The notes under the pieces are model-generated. The model had not been told where the DNA came from. It did not search any database and was given only the letters and a program-made list of their open reading frames with translations. This document shows, piece after piece, positions 30,775-40,722 of a stretch of DNA of 64,000 nt. Numbering within the stretch: the first letter of the stretch is position 1; the number at the start of each line of letters is the position of its first letter. Location of the stretch: assembly GCA_963821525.1 (NCBI GenBank), contig CAWGED010000005.1, forward strand, positions 1,152,001 through 1,216,000, given 5' to 3'. A program made the translations under genes and the position numbers. This DNA is from an uncultured Gemmatimonadales bacterium (lineage in GTDB: Bacteria; Gemmatimonadota; Gemmatimonadetes; Gemmatimonadales; GWC2-71-9).

Positions 30775-31944
30775 CTAGAACGCTTCCCCTACGCCGAGGC
30801 TCAGCCCTTGCCCGCCGAAACTGGTGAAAGTGTAATCCACCCTGAGATTGAGGGCGTCGCGCTTGTTGATGTTGAATCGGAGGCCTCCGCCATAGGTGTA
30901 TTTCATCTCATCCCCCAACGAGGCGCCGTTGGAGCCGAATACATTGCCCGCCGCACCGAATACCACGGCGCCGAATCGTTTCCACACGTGCACCCGATAG
31001 TCGGCCTGGGCGATCAACTCATGCCGGTCGCGAAAGCGTCCGAGGTACACGCCGCGCATCACGACCTGGGTGGTAACGTTGCTGATCTGCGCCATGGACT
31101 GAATCGGCACGTCGGCTCCATTGAACTGGCCATACAGGTTCAATGCGAGCACGTGATTCCTTTTGCTATCGAGGGGGAGGTACTGTCGAGCGTCGAATAG
31201 CAGGTATGGGTAGTCGTACTCGCTGCCAAGGAGTTGCAGGTTCGCGAGCACGTCCACAACGACGAAATGCCCAGTGGTCGGCGTGAAGAACGAATTGCGA
31301 GAGTCGGTGAGCGCGGAAAACCCGAGACCGGAGCTGGTAGAGCCGTCGCCGCCGTGGAGTGAGGACGGAATCAGCGCCGGAAAGCGGAAGTCGACCCCCC
31401 ACGCGGCATGAAGCCGATAGTATGGCCCCAGGTATAACGTCGAACTGACCCGGCGGAGCGCCTTGGCCTCGAAGTGCACCACCTTCTGCTCCATCCGATT
31501 AGTGTCGCTAGGATCGGTGGACGGCCCGATCCCGTAGTAGTCGGTTGGAGCGTAGCCGGTCAGGATTCTGCTATTGAACCACCAACGGTTGTGCAGCGTG
31601 AAGAAATCGTTGGAGAAACTGACGCCCCACTGCCCCGCCGTGGTGATGGAAAATCCGGCCGAGATGTTCGACGCTCGGGTCGTCGAATCGTAGGCGCTCT
31701 CGCCGGTCTTGAACTGAATCTGCCCGCCGGCCCCGAAGATGAACTTGGTCGTCGGGCTATAACCCACGAAGGGAAGCCCGAAGATCTTGTTCTTGTAACG
31801 CTGCGGTGCGGTCAGGGAATCCGCAGTGCTGTCTACCGAAGCTTTGGGAAGCGAATCGGTGGTCGGGTCCTGCGCGGAGAGCGCCGCCGCTCCAACAGTT
31901 CCGTTGGCTGCCAAGGCCAGCCAGGCCGCAACGCGACGACTCAC
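30775..31944 (-). CDS. Omp85 (BamA/TamA superfamily) outer-membrane barrel without POTRA domains
   Basis: Signal peptide, DSRNSFFTPTTG, loop-6 MRGVYLGRFRD, YGGGLRF, NLRVDY and terminal GEAF. Confidence 0.82.
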   Translation of the reverse strand: MSRRVAAWLALAANGTVGAAALSAQDPTTDSLPKASVDSTADSLTAPQRYKNKIFGLPFVGYSPTTKFIFGAGGQIQFKTGESAYDSTTRASNISAGFSITTAGQWGVSFSNDFFTLHNRWWFNSRILTGYAPTDYYGIGPSTDPSDTNRMEQKVVHFEAKALRRVSSTLYLGPYYRLHAAWGVDFRFPALIPSSLHGGDGSTSSGLGFSALTDSRNSFFTPTTGHFVVVDVLANLQLLGSEYDYPYLLFDARQYLPLDSKRNHVLALNLYGQFNGADVPIQSMAQISNVTTQVVMRGVYLGRFRDRHELIAQADYRVHVWKRFGAVVFGAAGNVFGSNGASLGDEMKYTYGGGLRFNINKRDALNLRVDYTFTSFGGQGLSLGVGEAF

Positions 31945-33626
31945 CCGGGTACTCCCGCGCTCAGGTCTACCGAAGGCAGGAATGTCGGAGCGCGCCGCAG
32001 CTTGGTTGCCTGCTCGTAGGCATATGCCATTCTGATCAGGGTTCCTTCCTGCCAAGGCTTGCCAATCAGCGAAAGACCGACCGGCAGGCCGAAGAGGTAT
32101 CCGGCCGGAAGGCTGATGCTGGGATAACCGGAGACCGCAGCCGGCGTCGAGCTGGAGCCGAGGAAGTGGTCGCCGTTGACGAGATCAGTAGGCCACGCGG
32201 GGTGACCGGTCGGCGCGACGAGGGCATCCAGTTGGTGCTTGGAGAAGAGCGGATCCAGGCCGGAAGAGCGAGACAGCTTCCTGCACTTGCCCAGCGCGTC
32301 CTTGTAGGCCTTCTCGGTCAGCGGACCTTTGGCTTCAGCCTGGATCATGGTCTCCTGCCCAAAGAACGGGAGGACCCGAGCCTTCTCCTTCTCGTTGTAG
32401 GAAATCACCTCGGCGAGCGTGTGTACGGGGGCATCGGGTCCCAACTTCGCGAGATAGGCGTTGAGGCCCGCCTTGAACTCGTAAAGCAGTACCTCGAATT
32501 CGGCAGCGTCGTACTCTCCCGCGTGAGGAAGGTCGCAAGGATCGACGATGGTTGCCCCCTGGCGCGCCATTTCGCGAATCGCCTCCTCGATTACGGTGTC
32601 GGTGGCGGTGTGATATCCGAAGAACAGCTTGCGTGGTACCCCGATTCGCGTCCCTTTGAGGCCATCGGACTTTAGAAACCGGGTGTAGTCGGTCCCGGCC
32701 TGGCTCGAGCTGGCTGCGGTGGCTCCGTCGGCTGGATCGACGCCGGTCAGAGCGCCGAGAAGTACGGCTGCGTCTGCAACTGATCGGGCGAGTGGGCCAG
32801 CGGTGTCCTGGCTCGCGGAAATCGGGATTATCCCACTGCGGCTCACCAACCCCAGGGTCGGCTTGATTCCAACCAGGCCGTTGGCCGAGGCTGGACAGAC
32901 AATGGAGCCGTCCGTCTCGGTTCCTACTGCCACCGCGCCGAGATTCGCCGAGATGGCCGCACCGGACCCCGAGCTTGAGCCGCAAGGATTGCGGTCAAGC
33001 ACGTACGGATTGCGGCATTGCCCTCCCCTGCTGCTCCATCCGCTGGTCGAGTGGTTGGAGCGGAAGTTGGCCCACTCGCTCATGTTGGTTTTCCCCAGGA
33101 TCACAGCCCCAGCCGTCCGAAGCCGCTCCACGAGAAACGCGTCCTTCGGAGCATGGGACCCCTCGAGGGCCAGTGAGCCGGCTGTGGTCTGCTGGCTGTC
33201 GCCGGTATCGATGTTGTCCTTGAGGAGCACTGGGATTCCGTGCAGCGGCCCTCGTGACCCGCGGTCCTTTCGTTCCCGGTCCAGCGCGTCCGCGATGTCG
33301 AGCGCCTCTTTGTTCGTTTCCAGGAGCGAACCGAGATTCGGCCCCTTGCGGTCTACCGCTTCAATCCGCCCGAGATAGGCCTCCGCAATGCTTCTGGAGG
33401 TCCATTTCCCACTCTCCATCCCCTCTTGTAGTTGTTTAACTGAGACCTCCTCAAGCTCGAATCCATCAGGACTTAGCCGAGGTCTGTCCTCCTGAGGTGA
33501 CGCATGAAGGGGGGCGGGCACGGAATTGGCTAACGAGGTAATGCTGACCCCGATTGCGGCCCGCACGAAAGTGCGCCTGGACAACGGATTTCCAGCGGCC
33601 GACTCGGCGATGGGCAGAGCAGTCAT
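31941..33626 (-). CDS. amidase-signature family amidase with Tat signal
   Basis: SRRTFVR twin-arginine motif; LLKDNI, GSSSGS, GTETDGSI motifs. Confidence 0.92.
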   Translation of the reverse strand: MTALPIAESAAGNPLSRRTFVRAAIGVSITSLANSVPAPLHASPQEDRPRLSPDGFELEEVSVKQLQEGMESGKWTSRSIAEAYLGRIEAVDRKGPNLGSLLETNKEALDIADALDRERKDRGSRGPLHGIPVLLKDNIDTGDSQQTTAGSLALEGSHAPKDAFLVERLRTAGAVILGKTNMSEWANFRSNHSTSGWSSRGGQCRNPYVLDRNPCGSSSGSGAAISANLGAVAVGTETDGSIVCPASANGLVGIKPTLGLVSRSGIIPISASQDTAGPLARSVADAAVLLGALTGVDPADGATAASSSQAGTDYTRFLKSDGLKGTRIGVPRKLFFGYHTATDTVIEEAIREMARQGATIVDPCDLPHAGEYDAAEFEVLLYEFKAGLNAYLAKLGPDAPVHTLAEVISYNEKEKARVLPFFGQETMIQAEAKGPLTEKAYKDALGKCRKLSRSSGLDPLFSKHQLDALVAPTGHPAWPTDLVNGDHFLGSSSTPAAVSGYPSISLPAGYLFGLPVGLSLIGKPWQEGTLIRMAYAYEQATKLRRAPTFLPSVDLSAGVPG

Positions 33627-33725
33627 GAGATCCCCGGGTAGTGATGCGTTCCGATGTGGCGGTGGATGGGACGACAGGGAAAGTGGAACGTATTCAGGGT
33701 TCAGACCCACGAAACCGGCGGCGAA

Positions 33726-34959
33726 ATGTACCGAATACGGTTAGCCTCAGGCGAACAAGCCGTCTTCAGGACCGTTGAGGAACTGACGCTCGCGGTGCAG
33801 TCGGGCGTCGTTGGGCCCACGGCCGAAGTCTACCTTCCAGACGCCAATCGCTGGATGCAGATGGAATCGCACCCGGACTTTCAGGCCGCACGGGTCAAGC
33901 CGGCGTCCGCCGAAAGCCTGGCTGAGAGTCCATCTCTCCCACAGCCCGTTACTCAACCGCCAGTAAGCCTGGCCCCGATTCCGCTGGCAGAGACGACTCC
34001 GCCACCGAGTCCAGCGCCAGCACCGACCCAACTCTCCGCGCCGAGCAGTCCAACTGTTCCGGTGGGGCCGCCCCAACCAGCCTCCACAGAGGCCCCCGAG
34101 GCTGGGTCGACGGCAACGCCCCAAGCCCCGCCGGCTCTGCCCCCAAGCGTGTTCATGACCCGCGCACGCAAGCTCCGCGAGATGCTCGCGATGCATCTGG
34201 GGCTGCTTCTCGTGATCGGCGCCAGCGTTCTGCTCACGATCTATCTGGCCGGGAACGGCAAGCGGTTGTTCGCGGCGGCGCATGAAGGGATGACGCCTCC
34301 CGCGAGTGCTAGACCTGCATCCGCGCCAGCTCCGGCGCCCGTTGCTCCGGTTGAGGAGGCTTCTGCGGATAGCGCAGCGGCCGAACTCGAAAGAGCCGGG
34401 ATCCCCAAGCGTGACACGCCAAGACGGGAGCGGGAAACGCTTGCCGCCGCGCCCACGCTCGATTCCTACGAGACTGGTTACGCCGATGCGCGGGATGAGC
34501 TGGAAGACGCTCTGGACTATATCCGCTTCGACCACGTCTTCGCCCCGGTCCGCTTGAAAAGCGCGGAGGCGGTCCGGATCACCCGTCGGTCCATCGCCGC
34601 GGCTGGCAACATCGTCATGACCTACCGGGCGCGAGAGGTCATGCTGGAACAAACGGTTGGGGCGACTCGTTCCGCCACCCGGTCTCAGCGGGAGAGTTAT
34701 CAGGCAGGAGCGGCCGTGCGGGACATGCTGGAAGACAGTGACAGCCTTTACGCACTGCTGATGTCTCAAGCGGTATTCGCTGGAGGAAGGCTCGATCTCC
34801 TTTACCAACCCCACCGCCGCCACGATATGGAACCGGGTTCGGGGCCGTCTCATCGGTACGGCTCAGGCATGGCGCGACTCGACCGGCACCGCCGCCGCGG
34901 TGACCGTGCCTCACATGGTCCACGCCCTCACCGACCCGCCTCCCCCGCTCGCCAAATAG
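33726..34959 (+). CDS. hypothetical bitopic protein with GYF_2-like N-terminus, paralog 1 (frameshift near 34770)
   Basis: MYRIRLASGEQAVFRTVEEL..., Pro-rich linker, TM helix, helical domain. The shifted frame RYSLEEGSISFTNPTAA...PPPPLAK* aligns with paralog 2. Confidence 0.72.
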
Positions 34960-34975
34960 CGACATTTCCAGCGCC

Positions 34976-35004
34976 TCGACCCCCACGGGTTATGGCGCTA
35001 TACT
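34976..35004 (+). promoter_or_regulatory. putative sigma70 promoter for paralog 2
   Basis: TCGACC-17 nt-TATACT in the gap between the paralogs. Confidence 0.5.
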
Positions 35005-35046
35005 CAAGGGCAGAGAGAGGTTACCCGCTATTGCCCTTGGGACCGC

Positions 35047-36316
35047 ATGTATCGTATCCGCCTCGCTACTGGCGAAGAAGCCGTCTACCGCTCGATTGAG
35101 GAGCTTTCCGTCGGCATTGCCAGTGGCGTCATAGCTGCGGACGCCGAGATCTACCACAAGCAATCCCATAGCTGGTTACCCATCCGGACCCATCCGGACT
35201 ATCAGGCTGCCCTCGAGCAACCCCCCATAGCGCTAGAGGAGCCGGACGCGACGCAGGAGAGCTCCAGCACGCCTCCCGAAGAGTCGTCAGAACCGCGAGC
35301 TGGTCACCTCCTCGGAAGGAGGTCTCTCCGCAGCTCCCGAGCGGGACAGCTCATCGGAAGAGGCCTTCCTGGAAGAACTTCCTCTCGAACTTGGTCTGGT
35401 GCTGCCGGGTCCGGTTCTCCAGATGGAATCTCGAAGCGGGCGAGAGCTTCTGCTTAAGCGGAAGAACCCCACTCCCCTCATGATCGGAATGGGGGGACTC
35501 GCCGCGGCGGCGATAGTGGTGGTCCTGTTCGTCCTCCCCAGGCCCACAACGCCTATTCCCGAGGCGACCAAGCCACCCAACATTGGATCCACTCACCCGG
35601 ATCCGCTTCCCCTGACGCCGATCCCCGCCCCGACGACCGTCGAATCCCTGGCGGCGTCGCCTCCCGATTCGATCCACAGTGCCGGACCCCAGGTTCCAAC
35701 ACCGGAGGAGTTGGCCGCCCGGCGAGACTTGGCCCGTGATCATCAGATCAACGCCCTGGATCAGGGAATCGCCAAGCTGGCGTTCACCCGGCTCTTCACG
35801 TCGTCCAGACTCGCCACGGCCGACAGCGTTCGACTTGTCAGGCACGCGATCGGACCCCTACAAACCATGCTGACCCAGTACCGGGCCTCCGTGGCCCAGA
35901 TCGACATCACCTACCAGGACTCGGCGGAGCGGCTGGGCGCGAGCGGCGTTTGGCCGGTTGGGGCACTGACCAGCTGGAAGGCGAGGGGGCCCGCGAGCGA
36001 GAACAAGGAGGAAGTGGCGCTAAGCGACAGCCTGCTCGGTGCGATCGATCGACTCTTCACGCTGCTCGCGGAGGAAGACGGGAAATACCAGAGCAACGAG
36101 GAGTCCATTTCCTTCAGTGACGCTTCCGCTGCCGCGGACTACGACGGCATTCGGAATCTGATCGAACACCTGACGGCGTTCGACTCAACCGCGACCCCCT
36201 CTCACGCGCCGTTGGCGAGACTGGCCGCCGCGGCGACTCCCCCGCCACCCTTGGTGATTCCGCACGGCCCAAGATCTCCTGTCCATTTTCCTGCCGATAC
36301 GACGCAACCGCACTGA
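35047..36316 (+). CDS. hypothetical bitopic protein with GYF_2-like N-terminus, paralog 2 (frameshift near 35295)
   Basis: MYRIRLATGEEAVYRSIEEL... joins ORF 35399-36316, which has a TM helix, a Pro-rich linker and a helical domain. Confidence 0.72.
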
Positions 36317-36319
36317 TTC

Positions 36320-37414
36320 TCAAGCGTCGAGCGGCTGAGCCTTGCGTCCTCCTCGCTGCATCGGGCGCTCCAACTCGTCCCGATGCCGGTCCAGAATCTT
36401 CCAGAACTCCACCGCACGCCCTACCAATTCCTGCGCGGCCTCTCGCAAAACCTCACTCTTCTTGACCTGGACCACGTTCTGCTCCATGTCCTCGGCGTCC
36501 CACCCACGCGAGTGGGCGATGAAGGGGAATGGCGGGAAGACGTAGCCCAGTTCGCTCCAGAACGTCATCAGTCCCCCTGCGACCGACTGAATGTTGTCCT
36601 GTCCACCGGTGATGATGAACGCCGCGACCTTGTTCCGGATGAGAACCCGATTGTGGATGGTGACCTGGTTCTGGACGCAGTTGAGCCGTTCGGCCATGCG
36701 GTGATAAAGCGACGAGGCTTGGCCCCAGCGGATCGGGGTACTCAGGATGATCACGTCTCCCCAATTCACGAGACCCTCGTACACCGCGGTGAGCTGGTCG
36801 GAGGGATCCCGTTCGGTGATGGCGCAGGGCCAGGTGCAGGCGTGTGCCGCCTTCGAGTAGTTCCCCTCACAAGCGCGGAAGTTCAGATCGGTGAGCCGGA
36901 GAAACCGGGTTTCCGCTCCCAGGCTCTCCCTCGCATAGTCCGCCGCGGCCTCCAGGAGCGCATCCGAAGTAGAGTAGCGCGGATTCACCTCGTCCATCGC
37001 CGTGGTGGAAAGCGCAAAGACCCGAGGTGGTGACCCGACCGGTTTCGGCGTCGGATGGAGCAGAGGATGCGGTTCGTGCTTGACCAGATGGCGCGGAGTG
37101 GCCGGCGTGGTGTTCAGGTAGATGCCGTCCTCCCGTTCCTCGACCGTGAAGGTCGGGACCGTCTCTTCCTCGTAGCCCGCCGGGCCGCGACCGGTCAGCA
37201 CGCTGTACTCCCACCCGTGCCAGGGACACATCACGAACTCACCGTTCAGGTGGCCATTACACAACGGCCCGCCCTTGTGATTGCAGTTATTGCCGATGGC
37301 ACAGAAGCGGTCCTTATAATAGAACAGAGCGATCTGATGCCGATCGAGCTTCACGGAGAACGGGACCTGCGCCAGCACCTCGGCGCGGGTGCCTAGCCGG
37401 TGCCATGTAGCCAT
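36320..37414 (-). CDS. Rieske [2Fe-2S] ferredoxin fused to a flavodoxin-fold FMN reductase/iron-sulfur flavoprotein domain
   Basis: CNHKGGPL...CPWHGW Rieske motif. C-terminal domain RYSTSDALL, CEGNYS...CTWPC, STPIRWG, IITGGQD. Confidence 0.85.
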   Translation of the reverse strand: MATWHRLGTRAEVLAQVPFSVKLDRHQIALFYYKDRFCAIGNNCNHKGGPLCNGHLNGEFVMCPWHGWEYSVLTGRGPAGYEEETVPTFTVEEREDGIYLNTTPATPRHLVKHEPHPLLHPTPKPVGSPPRVFALSTTAMDEVNPRYSTSDALLEAAADYARESLGAETRFLRLTDLNFRACEGNYSKAAHACTWPCAITERDPSDQLTAVYEGLVNWGDVIILSTPIRWGQASSLYHRMAERLNCVQNQVTIHNRVLIRNKVAAFIITGGQDNIQSVAGGLMTFWSELGYVFPPFPFIAHSRGWDAEDMEQNVVQVKKSEVLREAAQELVGRAVEFWKILDRHRDELERPMQRGGRKAQPLDA

Positions 37415-37472
37415 GTTGGCCCTCGAGCTGGTTCGGTGGATTTCTTCGTCTGCAGAAATGGCGCAACCGGGG

Positions 37473-37508
37473 AGAAAGAACAAGACCCCCCGGGAACGAG
37501 GAGGGTCT
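37473..37508 (-). terminator. intrinsic terminator after fabF
   Basis: Minus strand AGACCCTCC/GGGGGGTCT stem (one G-U pair) followed by TGTTCTTTCT. Confidence 0.6.
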
Positions 37509-37535
37509 GGGAAAACGGAGGCTAAAGGAGCGCGG

Positions 37536-38774
37536 TTACTCTTCGAATCTCCGGACTGCGAGAGTCACGTTGTGCCCGCCGAAGCCGAAGGAGTTGGACA
37601 GTGCCACCCGGATCGGACGCTCGATCATCTTGTTGGGCGCCGAGAACAGATCGCATTCGAGATCCGGCGTGACCTGATTGATGGTCGGCGGAATCTTGCA
37701 GGTCGAGGCGACGAGCGTGGAGACGCAGAACTCGAGGCCGCCCGCAGCACCAAGCAAGTGTCCGGTCATCGACTTCGTGGAGTTGAACACCAGCTTGCGC
37801 GCGTGATCGCCGAAGACCGCCTTCACCGCCCGGGTTTCGGCGACATCTCCCTGCTGAGTCGAGGTACCATGGGCATTGATGTAGTCAACCTCGGCCGGAT
37901 CAATGAGTCCGTCCTTGAGGCACATCCTCATCGCCAGTTGGGCACCTTCCCCATTGTCCGGCGGTGACGTGATGTGGTGGGCGTCTCCGCTCATGCCGTA
38001 GCCGATCACCTCTCCCAGAATGACGGCGCCTCGCGCCTCCGCGTGCTCCAGGGCCTCGAGGACGACCATTCCAGCGCCATCTCCCAGAACAAACCCATCC
38101 CGATCCCCGTCGAAGGGGCGGCTCGCCTTCTCCGGATCGTCATTCCGGGTAGACAGGGCTTTCATGTTGTTGAAGGCGGCGACTGCCAGGCCAGTGATGG
38201 CGGCCTCGGCCCCGCCGCACACCATGGCGTCGGCGATCCCGTCCCGGATGTAGCGGTAGGATTCACCGATCGCATGGGCCGACGACGCACAGGCTGAGAC
38301 AGTCGCGTAGTTGGGGCCCTTCAGGCCGTACCGGATGGAGACGAGGCCCGCGGCGATGTCGGGGATGAACATCGGGACGAAGAAGGGAGAGACCCGATCC
38401 GGTCCCTTCTCGATGAAGGCGCGGCAATTGTCCTCGAAGGTCTGCATCCCTCCGATGCCGCTGCCAATCAGAACTCCGGTGCGTTCGGGCGCGGGGAACT
38501 TGCCTTGGAGACCCGACTGGGCGACCGCCTGCTGCGCGGCGCCGAGGCCGTACTGCACGAACAGGTCGTAGCGCCGGGCTTCCTTGCGGTCCATGTACTG
38601 GGTCGGATCGAACCCTTTGACCTCACAGGCAAACCGGACACCCTGGCGCGCGGCGTCGAACTTGGTGATCGGGGCCGCACCAGACCGGCCGGCTAGAAGG
38701 CCGGCCCAGGATTCCTCGACAGTATTGCCAACCGGAGTCACCAGCCCGAGGCCGGTGACGACGACACGACGCAC
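37536..38774 (-). CDS. fabF: 3-oxoacyl-ACP synthase II
   Basis: RRVVVTGLG, SACASS, NAHGTST, GHLLGAAG, NSFGFGGHN motifs. Confidence 0.97.
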   Translation of the reverse strand: MRRVVVTGLGLVTPVGNTVEESWAGLLAGRSGAAPITKFDAARQGVRFACEVKGFDPTQYMDRKEARRYDLFVQYGLGAAQQAVAQSGLQGKFPAPERTGVLIGSGIGGMQTFEDNCRAFIEKGPDRVSPFFVPMFIPDIAAGLVSIRYGLKGPNYATVSACASSAHAIGESYRYIRDGIADAMVCGGAEAAITGLAVAAFNNMKALSTRNDDPEKASRPFDGDRDGFVLGDGAGMVVLEALEHAEARGAVILGEVIGYGMSGDAHHITSPPDNGEGAQLAMRMCLKDGLIDPAEVDYINAHGTSTQQGDVAETRAVKAVFGDHARKLVFNSTKSMTGHLLGAAGGLEFCVSTLVASTCKIPPTINQVTPDLECDLFSAPNKMIERPIRVALSNSFGFGGHNVTLAVRRFEE

Positions 38775-38778
38775 GCGA

Positions 38779-39018
38779 TTACTTCCCGATCTTCTCGTGG
38801 AGATACTTGAGAGCATCGCCCACGGTGCGCAGCTTCTCCGCTTCTTCGTCCGGGATGTCGATGTCGAATTCCTTCTCGAACGCCATGACCAGCTCGACGG
38901 TGTCGAGGCTGTCCGCGCCGAGATCCTCCATGAAACTGGCCTCGGTAGTCAGCTTCTCCCGTTCGACGCCCAGCTCCTCGACGATGATGTCCTTGACCCT
39001 ATCTTCCACGTTGCTCAT
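38779..39018 (-). CDS. acpP: acyl carrier protein
   Basis: [17 protein letters not shown] motif. Confidence 0.98.
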   Translation of the reverse strand: MSNVEDRVKDIIVEELGVEREKLTTEASFMEDLGADSLDTVELVMAFEKEFDIDIPDEEAEKLRTVGDALKYLHEKIGK

Positions 39019-39046
39019 GGCGTCCTCTGAAGGGGGGTGGTGTAAT

Positions 39047-39790
39047 TCAGACCGTCATGCCGCCGTCAACTGCCAGGACCTGCCCGGTAATGTACCCGGC
39101 GAGATCGGATGCGAGAAAGAGCACCGCTCCCGCAATGTCTTCAGGGCGTCCGGGCCGGCCAAGGGAGACGCCGCCTAACATCGCGGCCTTGGCCTCGTCG
39201 GGCAAGGCGCTGGTCATGTCCGTCTCGATGAATCCTGGCGCAACCGCATTGACCAGGATGTTGCGGCTGGCGTACTCCCTGGCCACCGATTTGGTGAGCC
39301 CGATGAGTCCCGCCTTGCTGGCCGCGTAGTTGGCCTGTCCCTTGTTGCCCGTAATACCCACAACGCTCGTGATGTTGATGATCCGCCCGCTGCGCCGCTT
39401 CATCATCCCTTTGGTGACCGCCTTGATGGTGAAGTAGGCGCCCTTGAGATTGGCGGCCAGCACCGCATCCCACTCTTCCTCGCTCATGCGGAGGATGAGA
39501 TTATCCCGCGTGAGCCCCGCATTGTTGACCAGGATGTCGATCGGTCCCAGGGCCTTCTCAGTCTCGGCAATGGCGGCCTCGACCTGCGAGCCAACTGTCA
39601 CATCGCAGGCGAATCCCGCGGCACCGTTCCCCAGCTTCGTCGCGACCTCTTCCGCCTTCGCGCGATCCCGCCCTACGATCGCCACCTTGGCGCCAGCCTT
39701 ATGTAGCGCGTGAGCGATGGCGAACCCAATTCCCCGGGTCGAGCCGGTGACGAATGCGGTCTTTCCTGTCAGGTCGATCGTCAAACTCAC
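39047..39790 (-). CDS. fabG: 3-oxoacyl-ACP reductase
   Basis: [29 protein letters not shown] motifs. Confidence 0.96.
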   Translation of the reverse strand: MSLTIDLTGKTAFVTGSTRGIGFAIAHALHKAGAKVAIVGRDRAKAEEVATKLGNGAAGFACDVTVGSQVEAAIAETEKALGPIDILVNNAGLTRDNLILRMSEEEWDAVLAANLKGAYFTIKAVTKGMMKRRSGRIINITSVVGITGNKGQANYAASKAGLIGLTKSVAREYASRNILVNAVAPGFIETDMTSALPDEAKAAMLGGVSLGRPGRPEDIAGAVLFLASDLAGYITGQVLAVDGGMTV

Positions 39791-40722
39791 GCCTCCTGCA
39801 GGAATTTCTCGACCTCAGCCGCCGTACCCAGAGCCGTCGAGCTGGCACCCGGCACGATTCGCTTGAGCAGACCAGACAGCACGTTCCCCGGCCCGATTTC
39901 GATGAAGCGGGCACCCGGGACGGCTGCTCCTGCGGCCTGCATGCACTCCACCCATCGAACCGGCGCGGTCAGCTGCTCGGCGAGGAGTCGTCTGGCATCG
40001 GTGCCAGTCGTCACCGGACCCGCGGTCGCGTTGGCGAAGATTGGAACCCGCGGCTCCGCGAACGTGACCTGCTCCAGGGCCTGCTGCAGTCCCGGGACCG
40101 CCGGCTTCATCAGCGGTGAGTGAAACGCCCCGCTCACCTTGAGCGGTAAGACCCGCTTGGCTCCCCGGGTCTTGCAAGCCTCTCCCGCCTTCTCCACCGC
40201 TATCGGATCGCCCGAAATGACGGTCTGATCAGGAGCATTCAGGTTCGCGGGTACCGCAACCGCATCTGCGCTCGACGCCTCGCGACAGGCGGCATCAACT
40301 TCGCTTGTAGCGAGGCCGAGCACCGCGCTCATCGCTCCCGGACGCTGGGTGCCGGCCTGGTACATCAGCTCACCCCGGCGGCGCACCAGCCGGGCTCCAT
40401 TCTCCGCGCTGAGTGACCCAGCGGCCACATAGGCGCTGTACTCTCCCAGGCTGTGGCCCGCGGCAGCCTTCAGTGCCGGCGCCAGACGATCGCCAACGAC
40501 GGCCCAGACCGCGGCGGAGTGGGCAAGGATCGCGGGCTGCGCGTTGTGGGTGAGGGTAAGCTCTTCCTCGGGTCCTTCCCACATCAGGCGCGAAAGCGGC
40601 GCTCCCAGCGTGTCATCAATCCGCTGGAAGACGTCGCGCGCGGCCGGGAAGCGCTCTGCCAGATCCTTCCCCATCCCGACCTTCTGCGCGCCCTGCCCGG
40701 GGCAGAGCAGAACGATCACCAC
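39787..40722 (-). CDS. fabD: malonyl-CoA:ACP transacylase
   Basis: PGQGAQ, GHSLGEY, VSGAFHS motifs. Confidence 0.97.
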   Translation of the reverse strand: MVIVLLCPGQGAQKVGMGKDLAERFPAARDVFQRIDDTLGAPLSRLMWEGPEEELTLTHNAQPAILAHSAAVWAVVGDRLAPALKAAAGHSLGEYSAYVAAGSLSAENGARLVRRRGELMYQAGTQRPGAMSAVLGLATSEVDAACREASSADAVAVPANLNAPDQTVISGDPIAVEKAGEACKTRGAKRVLPLKVSGAFHSPLMKPAVPGLQQALEQVTFAEPRVPIFANATAGPVTTGTDARRLLAEQLTAPVRWVECMQAAGAAVPGARFIEIGPGNVLSGLLKRIVPGASSTALGTAAEVEKFLQEA

